A stretch of 64,000 nucleotides of DNA, taken from positions 6,510,001 through 6,574,000 of the forward strand of contig NC_079164.1 in NCBI RefSeq assembly GCF_947568905.1, given 5' to 3'. A program made the translations under genes and the position numbers. This document shows positions 1 to 29,720 of the stretch, piece by piece. The notes below the pieces were generated by a model that saw nothing but the letters and a program-made list of their open reading frames with translations, was not told the DNA's origin and made no database searches. The stretch's first letter is position 1, and the number at the start of each line of letters is the position of its first letter. Source of the stretch: Ostrea edulis (taxonomy: Eukaryota).

Positions 1-1370
1 TTGTATGTACATGCACTACAACTTACATATCAATACTAGTGTCCATCAAAATCTGTCGCTTAGATGTAGTTCTCGTTTCTGAACTTGATCCTCTTTTGGT
101 GGGTGATTTTCGAGCTGGTGTCAATGCATCATAACTGACTGCAGACACTGGATCAGGATGCTTCTCAGATGGCTGGCCATTGACAAAATGCTGATAATTT
201 TAAAAAGGAACACATAAAAAAAATCCAATTTATCTTTTAAATATTGTAACAATTAAAACATCCAATTTTATAATAATGCAAGGTGAAGATAACGAACAGT
301 GATCAATCTCATAACTCCTACAAGCAATACAAAATAGATAGTTGGGCAAACACGGACCCCTGGACACACCAGAGGTGGGATCATGTGCATAGGGGAGTAA
401 GCATCCCCAGTCGACATGTTTCAGTATCCGTTTTACATGATTATAGAATACCTGAATCTACTGTCACAGTGATTGAGTACATGTACAGTACTTTAAGTCT
501 TAAATGGACTGATTCAAGATTTTCCTCATGATTTTATTTTTCACTAAGTTTTAGTGATCAAATTTTACTGTCTAATATGTTAAAAAGGTTTCACAAAAAA
601 ATAAGGTTATACATGACAGAAGCTTAAAATAAAAACAAAATGAATACCAATAGAATGGTTATTTTGCCAAAATTTTGATGCCCCTGTTAAAATCCTGGAT
701 CCTTCGATGCTATATTTAGTCGTCAGGTCGTATTTAACTGCATGGGTTTGCATAAAGGAGTTTTGATTATATAACATAATCACTAATATTTTGATATACC
801 TACCTATTCATTTGCATTTCATATTACCGAGCACTTTACATGTAACTGTGCACGACAAAAAACTTGTATTTACACGAGTCATCAGTCGACCTGCACGGGC
901 ACCAGATCTGCAGCTATGTCCCCTTTGTACTTTCTATTTACGAGTTTAATGCTATTTTAATGAGCGTTACAAGTATCGGTGAGCATATTACCTTTGAACA
1001 CACGTATAAATGTTTCGCTTTCCCTCTTTCTTTGAGTATATCTTCATTAAAAATATATAATGGGGACGACCACACAAGCGTATCCACCTCTTAGCTTTTT
1101 CCAAGTTTCTTCCAGGTTTTGGAAAAGGAATGAACACTATCCCTCCTTGAAGCCGATCTGGGTATCTGCTATCAGTGTTACAAGTGCCCCAACAGCAACG
1201 TTTCACCATAATTGCGTTGTCATAAACCAATGTAAACAATCCGATAAAATGTCGAATTTTCGCTTGTTGTCGGGAAAATGGCGGTGCGTCCTTAGCTTCA
1301 CAAAGCGCGTGTAAATGGAGCTCTCTGATTGGCTAATGCTCCCGTCACTAAAAGATTCGGCGATCCGTCA
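1..1370. mobile_element. Right end of an ISL2EU-type DNA transposon (partial copy)
   Basis: Right TIR TCGGCGATCCGTCA at 1357-1370 followed by AT. Contains THAP exons 1209-992 and 190-27 on the minus strand. Confidence 0.82.
27..1209 (-). pseudogene. THAP-domain 5' exons of the transposase (partial copy)
   Basis: MVKRCCWGTCNTDSRYPDRLQGGIVFIPFPKP at 1209 downward; HFVNGQPSEKHPDP exon at 190-27. Confidence 0.75.
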
Positions 1371-1619
1371 ATTTCAGCATGTCGATCTTTATCTTTACTT
1401 ATTCTATTTGAAACTTCCTGTTAATACTTTACAGAAGGGTGTCAACCTTTCTTATATATATGTAAAATTAATGTGGTACGGTACATCCAAAAGTTTCTTT
1501 TTAATGACGTCATACAGTGATGTTTACACTTTATATGATGTTGTAGGTCTTAAAAATGGTAACCAAGCAAAATACATTTACGCTAAGCATATTTTTGCTT
1601 CGCATCTGTGTATATTCCG

Positions 1620-2550
1620 ATCTACACAACATGTTCATTCGATATATCACAGTGAACTCGAAATAAAAGATATCACAGAGCCATCCACATCTGTTTCGAA
1701 CTTAGATATCGTATTGAAGATAAATGTTAGCGGCAAATTAACAACTCAACTTTATGAAAAACGGGATGATTTCAGCTTCTTCATCTTCAACTTCCCATAC
1801 TTATAATATTGCATTATCACTTGCATATGGTGTTCATGTCTCTCAATCGATTCAATACGCAAGGGTGACAAATTGATGTCACTAATTTTCATTCATATGT
1901 CGATTCGATATATACCTTTGAACTCGAAATTTAAAACACCACACGGTCGTCCACTTCTGCTTCATATTTATGTACTTTATTGAAAATAGATATTAACAGC
2001 AAACTAACAACTCAACTTTATGACAATCGGGATTATATCAGCTTTTCCATCGTCAACTTCCCATAGTTATGTAGCAATATTCCATTATCACCTGCATATG
2101 GTGTTTATATCTCTCAACTGATTTGATACGCAAAAGCTTGTTCTGCGTATGATCAGTTTTTAAATCGAGGCAGGTTACTGACAAACAAGTTGATGGTACA
2201 GGGTTTTTAACGGTCTGGTTTAAAATCAGCATTTCGCAATTTTTATGGTCGTTATAATAATCTAGTTTGCCAATAGAACCTATTTTTTGTTTGAAACGCC
2301 GTCTGACGTATTTCATAACGATTGTTAAGCCGTTCTTTGCACACTGATTTTAACTACGGATTACTCCATTTACCTGATCAAGATATGAAGCTGACGGTGG
2401 AGGTGACCGGTTGATAGGAAAGCTTAATTATCCTAGGTAACTGATGCCACCTCTGGTATATCCAGGGGTCCGTGTTTGCCCACCTCTCTATTTTGTATTG
2501 TCTATAGGAGTTATGGGATTGATCACTGTTCGTTATCTTTACCTTTCATG
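1620..2550 (+). mobile_element. Two adjacent decayed Penelope-like RT fragments of the same family
   Basis: ELEIKDITEPSTSVSNLDIVLKINVSGKLTTQLYEKRDDFSF plus the family 3' tail (...gattgatcactgttcgttatct). Copies at ~30007-30937 and ~58420-59348. Confidence 0.65.
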
Positions 2551-2571
2551 TGTCACTTATACATCTGATAA

Positions 2572-2880
2572 GATGTTATTTAAAACCCCTACCTCTGGGA
2601 TCGCATGCTCCTTCTGAATATCTAATTAGTATCAAGAGCGTTAAAGATGTTATTTAAAACCCCTGCCTCTGGGACCGCATGCTCCTTCTAAATATCTAAT
2701 TAGTATCAAGAGCGTTAAAGATGTTATTTAAAACCCCTACCTCTGGGATCGCAGGCTCCTTCTAAATATCTAATTAGTATCAAGAGCGTTAAAGATGTTA
2801 TTTTAAACCCCTACCTCTGGGATCGCAGGCTCCTTCTAAATATCTGATTAGTATCAAGAGCGTTAAAGATGTTATTTAAA
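2572..2880. repeat. 74-bp minisatellite, about 4.2 copies
   Basis: Unit starts at 2572, 2646, 2720, 2794 and 2868 (GATGTTATTTAAAACCCCTACCTCTGGGATCGC...). Unit B copy at 30959-31267. Confidence 0.95.
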
Positions 2881-4244
2881 TGTTGCTCATTAACACTATA
2901 TACCACGTTTGATCCTAGCTAAAGTTGGAACCTCTTCACAATTTTGGTGGAGGTCTTCTTGCTCTTCAATGCTATGCTTTAGTTTCTCTTACAGATGTGC
3001 GGTTGTAGAGAGGATTTTTGTAAATTTTGGCACGTTTTGCTCACCTTTAAGGCTCCGGGGTGCAGAAGTCCTGAAATTTAAGTTTATGCCCCCTAATCCC
3101 AAAGATGCTGAACCAAATTTAAAAAGAATTGGAAAGGGAGTTGTGTTCAATTGTTGACGAACGGTGTAGGAGGAAGGATGCAGACCAATAACTGAAATCT
3201 TGACTCTGTAGTCTCAAACAACCAAGCCAAATACATAGTGATAATGAAATGAGAAGACTATAAAAATTGTGACCTGCGCAGTACCCTGGTAATCGGTGAT
3301 TAAAACAGACTTACCGGCCCTGCGTTTAGTCTAAGACTAAGACGTTTAATCAACATAGGTAATGACTATTCCTTAATCAAGCGCCCATCACTACAAGTGA
3401 AAGTAACGCGTTTTTCAGATATGACCTTTAAAATGGAAACTCCACTTGACGATAGGGGGTGGTACATTAAAGAACTCTCTCACTATAACGGTCACCATTC
3501 GTGCAACTTCATCTGTAGCTGATGAAGTCGCTACGTTAGTTTAAAATTCTCGAATTGGACATAAAAAAACCCACCCACAACAAAAATACCCTTACTAAAT
3601 ATTTCTCTTGACCAAACAGTGTATTATGACTTTGAACCACGGTTCCTTGGTCAAGGTCACATTTCTATGGACATAACTGTAATATGGAGGGTAATAAATA
3701 TCCATATTAGACACAGAGATTACATATGACCAGATTGTGTTTTACAATCGCGGATTAGTCTGTGTCAGTTTGCCACGGTAGCAGATAAATATTTGATGAA
3801 CGTTTGTTCAGGCCATATCTTCATAATGGAAATTTGGCCAAAGCTCAGAATACTGGCACATACTAGATTTTTACTGACCAGATAGCCTGTTGTGACTCTG
3901 AACCACAATCGTTCGGGCAAGGTCCAGCTCAACAAATAAAAAAATAATAGAAAACATTAGAAATTCACATCACTTTATCGCAAAAGGTGAAGCCCTTTTG
4001 TGCTCAATGTTTAAGATTCCCTTGTTATACTCGTAACTTTTAAAACATGGAACTCGGTAGAAATTGCAAGTAAAACGCTCCTTTCATGATTTTAAATACT
4101 AGAAGATTTATATCTCAAGAAATCTACAGGATATCATTGAGAATATGATCTTGTTTACTGAACACTTGATGAAGTTTGCCGTTCCAGCACCTCCGGGCTA
4201 TAGTTCTGTCGGTGGGTTCTATACATTGGTGAATTCTTTACATA

Positions 4245-22646
<18,402 letters not shown>

Positions 22647-22780
22647 TTCTATTTGTCTCGATGTTACATGTACCTGTACATCAAGATAGTGGTCATGATT
22701 AATAGCGAGATAAACTGTAACTTCCTTGTTCTTCTGACTGGCGTAAAAAGGATTGGCGGATCGCCGATTTTCGTGTACGC

Positions 22781-22840
22781 CCCGCCCACCATGACGACGG
22801 TAACTAGCCCGACATTAGACACATAAACAACATGGCGCGG
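22781..22840 (+). promoter_or_regulatory. GC box (CCGCCC, 22781-22786) and YY1-like AACATGGCG overlapping the ORF2 ATG
   Basis: Motif matches inside the left transposon end, about 135 bp from the host-gene ATG; function is inferred only. Confidence 0.3.
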
Positions 22841-24090
22841 ATCATGTCGTTAAAGGACATACCAGACGATTTTTCTGCATCATACATGTTACATACACCG
22901 TCTCTTCGGCAAAAACAATGGCTGTCGCGTTTATGAAAGATTCTTATGTTAAATCAGTCAAATTGTATGCACAAGAACGCGAAAATATGCTAATAAAAGC
23001 CGAAGTATATCGGAGTCAGAGGAAAACAGAGGACCCACACAAGATCAACATTGATGTCAATTTTGAAGGGAAGAAGTTAGACGATGCACATTGCAGTTGC
23101 AAAGCTGGGTGTGTATACGGTTATTTTGGAGTTATTGAAATAGTTTTTACTTGTTTACAATTTCAATTTTACGTTTTTGTTTATTTAATTTATTGTTCTT
23201 GAAGCGTATAGATCTACGTACATGCGTGCATCAGCCTCAGGTATAAATAGAGAGCGTTTGTAAACAACCTCACTCGGAAAAGTTTTATCATATTTCATAA
23301 ACGTTGCTCAGTGTTGTTCTTATTCTTTTTTTTTCAAATTTCATTTGTTGTATTTTTGTTCCTTTTAGTAACTCGGTGCATTTTACCAATGTTTGTGTTT
23401 CCAGTTACTTGCTAACTAAAGGGTGCACATTCCAGGTCAGTGTAACTATGATTCAGTATCTTTACCAAATACAGGTACACACCTTTCCCAAAAGCCTGTT
23501 TAGATAATTATACTAAACATATATGTGTAAAATAATTTTGTATTGTGGTACATGTAGTGTTATAATGCTATTGTTAATTTGATAAATGTATATTATGCAA
23601 ATTTGGTGTGGGGATTGGTTTCTATTTCTTCATGTTGTGTACATATTACAGGGAAGCAGGTCAATGTGCACATGTCTTAGCTGTTATCATGATTCTGGAG
23701 CAGTGGAAGATTTCTGGTTTTGTTGAAATTCCCTCAATGCTGTCATCAACTTCCCTCCCCAACAGTCGGATAAGCCAAGAGGTGACAAGATTCAACCAGA
23801 ACCAGTGTCCCAGATGATCATTTCCAACCCATCAAACCTAAACAGAAAAAGAAAGCCAATTACCACAATTCTTTTGTTGACACACGGTAAAAAAAATAGT
23901 GTACATCTTTCAATCAATTTTTTCTCTTCATTTTTTTTGGTAATTGTTTTGCATGACTGATTGTCATTCTATATTGCACTCACATGGAGACATTCTTTAA
24001 ATTATATATATACACGTGCCCAATGTTTTGACCAAATTAAGGCTTTTCAGCAGAAAAGACTCACTTAGTTGTAAAGCACCTACAAGGACA

Positions 24091-24298
24091 CCAGGGGTGT
24101 GTTTTACAAAAAAACTTCAGACTAACGACAAACTTTTCAACTTTATTGTAAGTCATTCACTCCGAATGCAAAATATTTTTTAAAGAAAATATTGAAAATT
24201 TAGCCTTCGAAAAGTTTTAATTCATTCATTTTTAAAGTAATAACTGTAAAATACAATTTAAGACTTACCGCAAGTTGTTTTGTAAAACGGGCCCCTGG
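24091..24298. mobile_element. 208-bp MITE in intron 2 of the YqaJ pseudogene
   Basis: Inverted ends CCAGGGGTGTGTTTTACAAAAAAACTT / CCAGGGGCCCGTTTTACAAAACAACTT; no clear TSD. Unit B copy at 52478-52685. Confidence 0.6.
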
Positions 24299-24650
24299 CC
24301 TCTAACAAGTTTTTACAGGTGTAGTTATTAGGTCTCAGCCAAAAGACTCCAAACCACAGAGCTGCCAAGTCACGCCCAAGTGTTTGGCACTGAACACTTG
24401 TTACAACATAAAGTTCTTTTAAATGGTCATTCAAAATTATTTTCAACAATTTTCAGGAAAACTGAAATCGGTGAAATGGATATGGAAATCCTGAAAAAGT
24501 TTAAACAAGCCCCGATTTCCTATCTGGTATCCACAGCAGCAGGACCAACTGTTGACACTCCATTCCGTGCTCATGACATAGGATCTCCTCTCAGCTAGCA
24601 TGTAAGTTACAAACATTATTCAGACAAAATATATGAATTAAACTTTTTAA

Positions 24651-24966
24651 GGAGGTACTCTACAGTATCATAATGACTGACTTCCTTTTAAAACATGGAA
24701 TGAAATATAAATATCAGCAATATTTGTCTTTTCATTTCAAAAATCATCGTCTAGCTGAGTAGCTTAGCATATCGACTGCTGAACTGTAAATCAAGGGTTC
24801 GAGTCCAGCAGAGGTTTAAACATTTTTTTTTGGTCAGATTGCTTTCTACTAAAACTGCATATTGTGTCTAAATGAAGTAAATTTGAAAGTTTTCAATTTC
24901 AAAATATTGTTGCAAGTATACTCCAATTTTCATCCATATCAAATTTCTTTGCTGTAGCATTATACA
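24651..24966. mobile_element. Second member of the TTAA/tRNA-like MITE family, inverted, nested in the ISL2EU element
   Basis: TTAA-GGAGGTACTCTACAG start; GGTTCGAGTCCAGCAG B-box on the plus strand; right end decayed. Unit B copy at 53038 to ~53353. Confidence 0.6.
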
Positions 24967-25085
24967 CTAAATATCAATGATTATTATATTTTCACATGCA
25001 ATCGATTCATTTAAAAAAATCCGTTTGTAGGAAAACCTCGTTGACATTATCAAATTTACACCAAAACACATTTACTGAATGGAGT

Positions 25086-28000
25086 TTAGCAGTTTTCTTT
25101 ATCTTGAATTATATATGGCATAAAATTGGTCAATACAGAACAGGTTAACCATATCTGATCAACAATACTAAAAAAAGAAAGACTAATTTTGCCTGACAAT
25201 ATTTTAAACTGTTTTATACGAGCAATAGCCCGTTTAACATGCACACGATGTTTGGCTATTTTGACAGTTTCTGTTACCTCTGAAGCTTTCATCTGTGTTG
25301 CACATGACGCAAAAAGGTGGAATGTTTAGTCGAAGACCAATAGCTTCGATTTCCTTTTCAATATTAAACCCTTTGTCCACCATAACTCCATCACCATTTT
25401 GTAATTTCCCACATTGTTTAAGGTTTGACAATACTTTAACGAAGCCACTCCCCTTTGTAATAACTTTATCAGATACTGATCCAGAGAATAACATGGAAGA
25501 AAATATTACAGAGTCCCTTGGATCTATGCCCACAAGTCCTTTCAAAGTTGTGCATGACTTATAGTCAGAATAACATTGACTCTGTCGATTGAGAGAACTG
25601 GGCTTTTGTACTTTTAACTCCGTACAGTCAATAATGACGAAAGTTTCTGGAAAATCTTTCTTATAATTTTCAGGCATGTTTTCGATTATTACTTCACGAT
25701 GAGGCCATATATCTACACTACCTAGTCTGAAAAACATGAAATTAATCTAGTGGGTGAATATTGCACTGTAGTCTTGCACAGGTATATCAAACAAATATGA
25801 AATATGTCTAAAGTCAAAGTTTTGTCTCAGTTTTATCAAAACAAGCAAGAGCTGATCCTTTGTTGACAACGATTTTGCACCTCTAAGAGTTTTACTCCAT
25901 ATAATAGGATATTCTTCTGTTGGTACTAAAAATGAGTATAAAACATTGAACCGGTCTTTAGAAAACCCGGTATAATACTGATAATCAGTGTCCTTCAGTT
26001 TTTTATATCCAAATCGTCCTGAATTTTGTTGTTGCAGCTCAAAATAAATTCGGAGCAGTTTTTCCTTCTCTTCAGTTAATGCAGTATTGTCAGCAATAAT
26101 GGCCAGTATTTCAAGTGGATTACAACCTGCAATATATTTAGAAAATTTAATATTATTTCTTTTTGTAGTATTCATGGGTAGTACAATAATGTAAAACATA
26201 TATGATAAAAAGAATCTTGAATGGTTTTTCATTAGACATGATTTATATACAACTCAACATGGATCCCGATAGAAAACACACTTTTTTCCATGAAAGTCAA
26301 ATCCGATCAACTCATTGGAGATCCTAAACATAACCCTCAACATTATATGTCATGTCTATCATTACAATGTATTTATTATTGCATAATTTCAGGCACCATT
26401 GATTTTACCTATTACAAAACCCCGTGCAGCAGAAAACTGTGGAAGTACTGTGTTCCCAAAAGCCCTTCACACCTGCGTTGACCTTGAATGCATTCAAAAT
26501 CTTACACATGAATGGACTGAGCTTAATTTGACACAGAGTGATGCAATTAATTTGGAAAAATCAACAAGATCTCAAAGTCTGAACCAAATATGGCATACAG
26601 AACGAAGTAAGAGAATAACGGCATCCAATTTCGGACTAATCATAAGAAGAAAAAAAGACGTAAACCAGAAATTTTTAAAGAACACATTTCAAAAGAATGA
26701 TTTCACATCTTCTGCTACATCATATGGTAAAGCGAATGAACACATTGCCAAGCAAATATACATTAAGAAAACGGGACACCATTTTCATGATATAGGTTTG
26801 ATTGTAAACACAGAACTACCATTTCTAGGCGCTACTCCTGATGCCATAGTGTGTGATAAGTCTAAAAGTGACTTGATTGAAATTAAATGTCCTTACTCTG
26901 TCAGAGACAAGACCATCAGTGAAGGATGTGAAACAAGAAATGATTTCTTCCTCCAAAGAAATGGCGACACTTTCAGCTTACAACATGAGCATTCCCACTG
27001 GTATCAAGTCCAAGGACAGCTTCTAGTCACCGGAGCTCCATTTTGTGACTTCATTACATATACCACACAAGACGTATATGTAGAAAGAGTTTATCCAAAC
27101 AAGTCTACAATGGATGTGCTAGTTCAAAAACTAGCTAAGTTTTATATCCAAAATTGAAGCCATTTATCCACAAATGTGATTCTGATCTACATGTATGATG
27201 TTGATTTACCACACCAACTATGAAAACAAGAATGTATTTGTACCTGGCATAATATGCCCCCTCCCCTCATGACAACAAGAACACAATAAACACTGACTCA
27301 GTGTGACAGAAAGATTTGTTTACTGGTCATTAATATCTTTGTATGGTAGATGTATTTAGAGAATCTTGGAGATAAAATTCTGTTTGCTGTCATACACTTA
27401 AATTTGTATATAAATGTACTAGATAATTCAAATTCAGTTGAGTAAAGTTCTCTTTACACTTTCAGTGGCGTATTTACATTTTTTTTTATTTTGGTGCATA
27501 GATATCATGTCATTTGCAAATACTGCTCCTTGATACTAATATTCAATCATAGAACATAATTACCAGGAATAATTGGGTTAACATTTTCTGTTGCTGATGC
27601 TTGAGAACTTGTAGTTGCAGTCGTTGAAACATGTTGAATTTCAGATGATGCCTTTAACACATCACTGCCAGCTTCATTGTGCTGATTTCTTTGATATGGA
27701 TTACAAAGAAACATTTTTCTTACAAATATTTTCTTAAAGATGAAATTTTGTCAGACTGGGTAAAGGTTTTGCTTAAATATAGTACACTGTACATGCATTG
27801 TCATTTTTTTAAATGTGAGAATATTTACTTCAAAATGCTTTATCTTGCAGATGTATCATACAATACTATATATATATATATATATATATATAGTTATAAC
27901 ATAGGGTGTCAAGTCCCTATTTATTCCTATAAACTCAAAGGTTCTTATATATACCCTACAAGTCATTATAAAAATTCCTATAAAACCCTATATATCCACA

Positions 28001-29595
28001 AAAAAAAGAGAGAAGAAAGAAATGGCAGTCCTATTTTCAAAAATGATAAAAAAAAAAGAAAAAAAAAGAGAGCTGATTCTAGATTGATATTTAATTAGAT
28101 TGTTACATGTATGAAGAGAATAACTATGATCATTGTATAAGAACTTTTTGTTGGATGGAAAACTGTCCACATCTGAAAGGATTTTGTCTTTGTTTATGTT
28201 TAATATTATTTCTTCTCCAGAAACATACTATGCAGAAACAATAAACTTTGTTACAAATTCTTTAATAAAAACCCTATTTATTCCTATAAATCTGCTGTAA
28301 AATCCCTATATTTGCCCTATAAACTGCAAATTGTTTTCCTTATAATCCCATATTTTTTAGACCCAAAGTGGCTTAAATTGACACCCTGTTGTATGTACAT
28401 GCACTACAACTTACATATCAGTACTAGTGTCCATCAAAATCTGTTGCTTAGATGTAGTTCTCGTTTCTGAACTTGACCCTCTTTTGGTGGGTGGTTTTCG
28501 AGCTGGTGTCAATGCATCATAACTGACTGCAGACACTGGATCAGGATGCATCTCAGATGGCTGGCCATTGACAAAATGCTGATAATTTTAAAAAGGAACA
28601 CATAAAAAAATCCAATTTATCTTTTAAATATTGTAACAATTAAAACACCCAATTTTATAATAATGCAAGGTGAAGATAACGAACAGTGATCAATCTCATA
28701 ACTCCTACAAGCAATACAAAATAGATAGTTGGGCAAACACGAACCCCTGGACACACCAGAGGTGGGATCAGGTGCATAGGGAAGTAAGCATCCTCAGTCG
28801 ACATGTTTCAGTATCCGTTTTACATGATTATAGAATACCTGAATCTACTGTCACAGTGATTGAGTACATGTACAGTACTTTAAGTCTTAAATGGACTGAT
28901 TCAAGATTTTCCTCATAATTTTATTTTTCACTAAGTTTTAGTGATCAAATTCTACTGTCTAATATGTTAAAATGGTTTCACAAAAAATAAGGTTATACAT
29001 GACAGAAGCTTAAAATAAAAACAAAATGAATACCAATAGAATGGTTATTTTGCCAAACTTTTGATCCCCCTGTTAAAATCCTGAATCCTTCGATGCTATA
29101 TTTAGTCGTCAGGTCGTATTTAACTGCATGGGTTTGCATAAAGGAGTTTTGATTATATAACATAATCACTAATATTTTGATATACCTACCTATTCATTTG
29201 CATTTCATATTACCGAGCACTTTACATGTAACTGTGCACGACAAAAAACTTGTATTTACACGAGTCATCAGTCGACCTGCACGGGCACCAGATCTGCAGC
29301 TATGTCCCCTTTGTACTTTCTATTTACGAGTTTAATGCTATTTTAATGAGCGTTACAAGTATCGGTGAGCATATTACCTTTGAACACACGTATAAATGTT
29401 TCGCTTTCCCTCTTTCTTTGAGTATATCTTCATTAAAAATATATAATGGGGACGACCACACAAGCGTATCCACCTCTTAGCTTTTTCCAAGTTTCTTCCA
29501 GGTTTTGGAAAAGGAATGAACACTATCTCTCCTTGAAGCCGATCTGGGTATCTGCTATCAGTGTTACAAGTGCCCCAACAGCAACGTTTCACCAT
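25086..29595 (-). pseudogene. THAP-HTH-DDE transposase (ISL2EU/Harbinger-like), disrupted
   Basis: Exons 29595-29378 (MVKRCCWGTCNTDSRY...FPKP...RW...CGRP, frameshift, then YVCSK), 28578-28415 (HFVNGQP), ~28172-28107 (DHSY), ~27681-27564, and 26126-25086 (YYTGF, KLRQNF, IDCTE, YSDYK, VMVDKGF, IPPF, RVHVKRAI). TAG at 25747-25749, frameshift near 25290, and the presumed catalytic E (consensus HVERAI) is replaced by K. Phases of the middle exons are uncertain. Confidence 0.85.
27866..27891. repeat. (TA)n microsatellite inside the transposon; expanded by about 24 bp in unit B (~56253-56302)
   Basis: Direct reading; accounts for most of the length difference between units A and B. Confidence 0.9.
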
Positions 29596-29661
29596 AATTG
29601 CGTTGTCATAAACCAATGTAAACAATCCGATAAAATGTCGAATTTTCGCTTGTTGTCGGGA

Positions 29662-29720
29662 AAAATGGCGGTGCGTCCTTAGCTTCAGAAAGCGCGTGTA
29701 AATGGAGCTCTCTGATTGGC
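29662..29720 (-). promoter_or_regulatory. Putative transposase promoter elements: YY1-like AAAATGGCGG (29662-29671) and CCAAT box (CTGATTGGCT, 29712-29721)
   Basis: Motif matches between the right TIR and the THAP ATG (29595); function is inferred only. Confidence 0.35.

Larger units (their letters stand above)
1..2566. repeat. Tail of an upstream copy of the 28.4-kb tandem unit (truncated by window start)
   Basis: Colinear with 28389-30953 and 56801-59365. Carries about 20 private substitutions/indels in 1-1370 relative to the other two copies (counted by eye). Confidence 0.92.
22832..27157 (+). pseudogene. SWIM zinc finger + YqaJ/lambda-exonuclease-like protein (transposon ORF2), disrupted
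   Basis: Exons 22832-23108, 23652-23886, 24457-24601, 26393-27157 with GT-AG borders. SWIM CSCKAG|EAGQCAHV spans intron 1. YqaJ motifs: TRSQSLNQIWHTERSKRITASNFG, GATPDAIV, EIKCPY, YQVQGQ. Frameshifts near 22900 and 23760; TAG at 24596-24598. Confidence 0.85.

Noticed and set aside
1315-1806. 163-aa ORF (and copies 29702-30193, 58114-58605) as a real gene
   Set aside because: A chance read-through across the transposon TIR, flank and a Penelope-like RT fragment; only its last ~50 aa resemble RT.
2572-2880. CRISPR-like array (also the 145-bp units at 18938-19300)
   Set aside because: These are contiguous tandem units without unique spacers, in eukaryotic DNA with no cas genes.
3506-3528. Hairpin containing CTGATGA as a third hammerhead
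   Set aside because: No stem II followed by GAAA downstream; it lies in a decayed SINE tail.
26399-27157. YqaJ ORF as evidence of a phage or viral insertion
   Set aside because: It is the last exon of a spliced gene within TIR-bounded transposon ends, which fits an ISL2EU ORF2.
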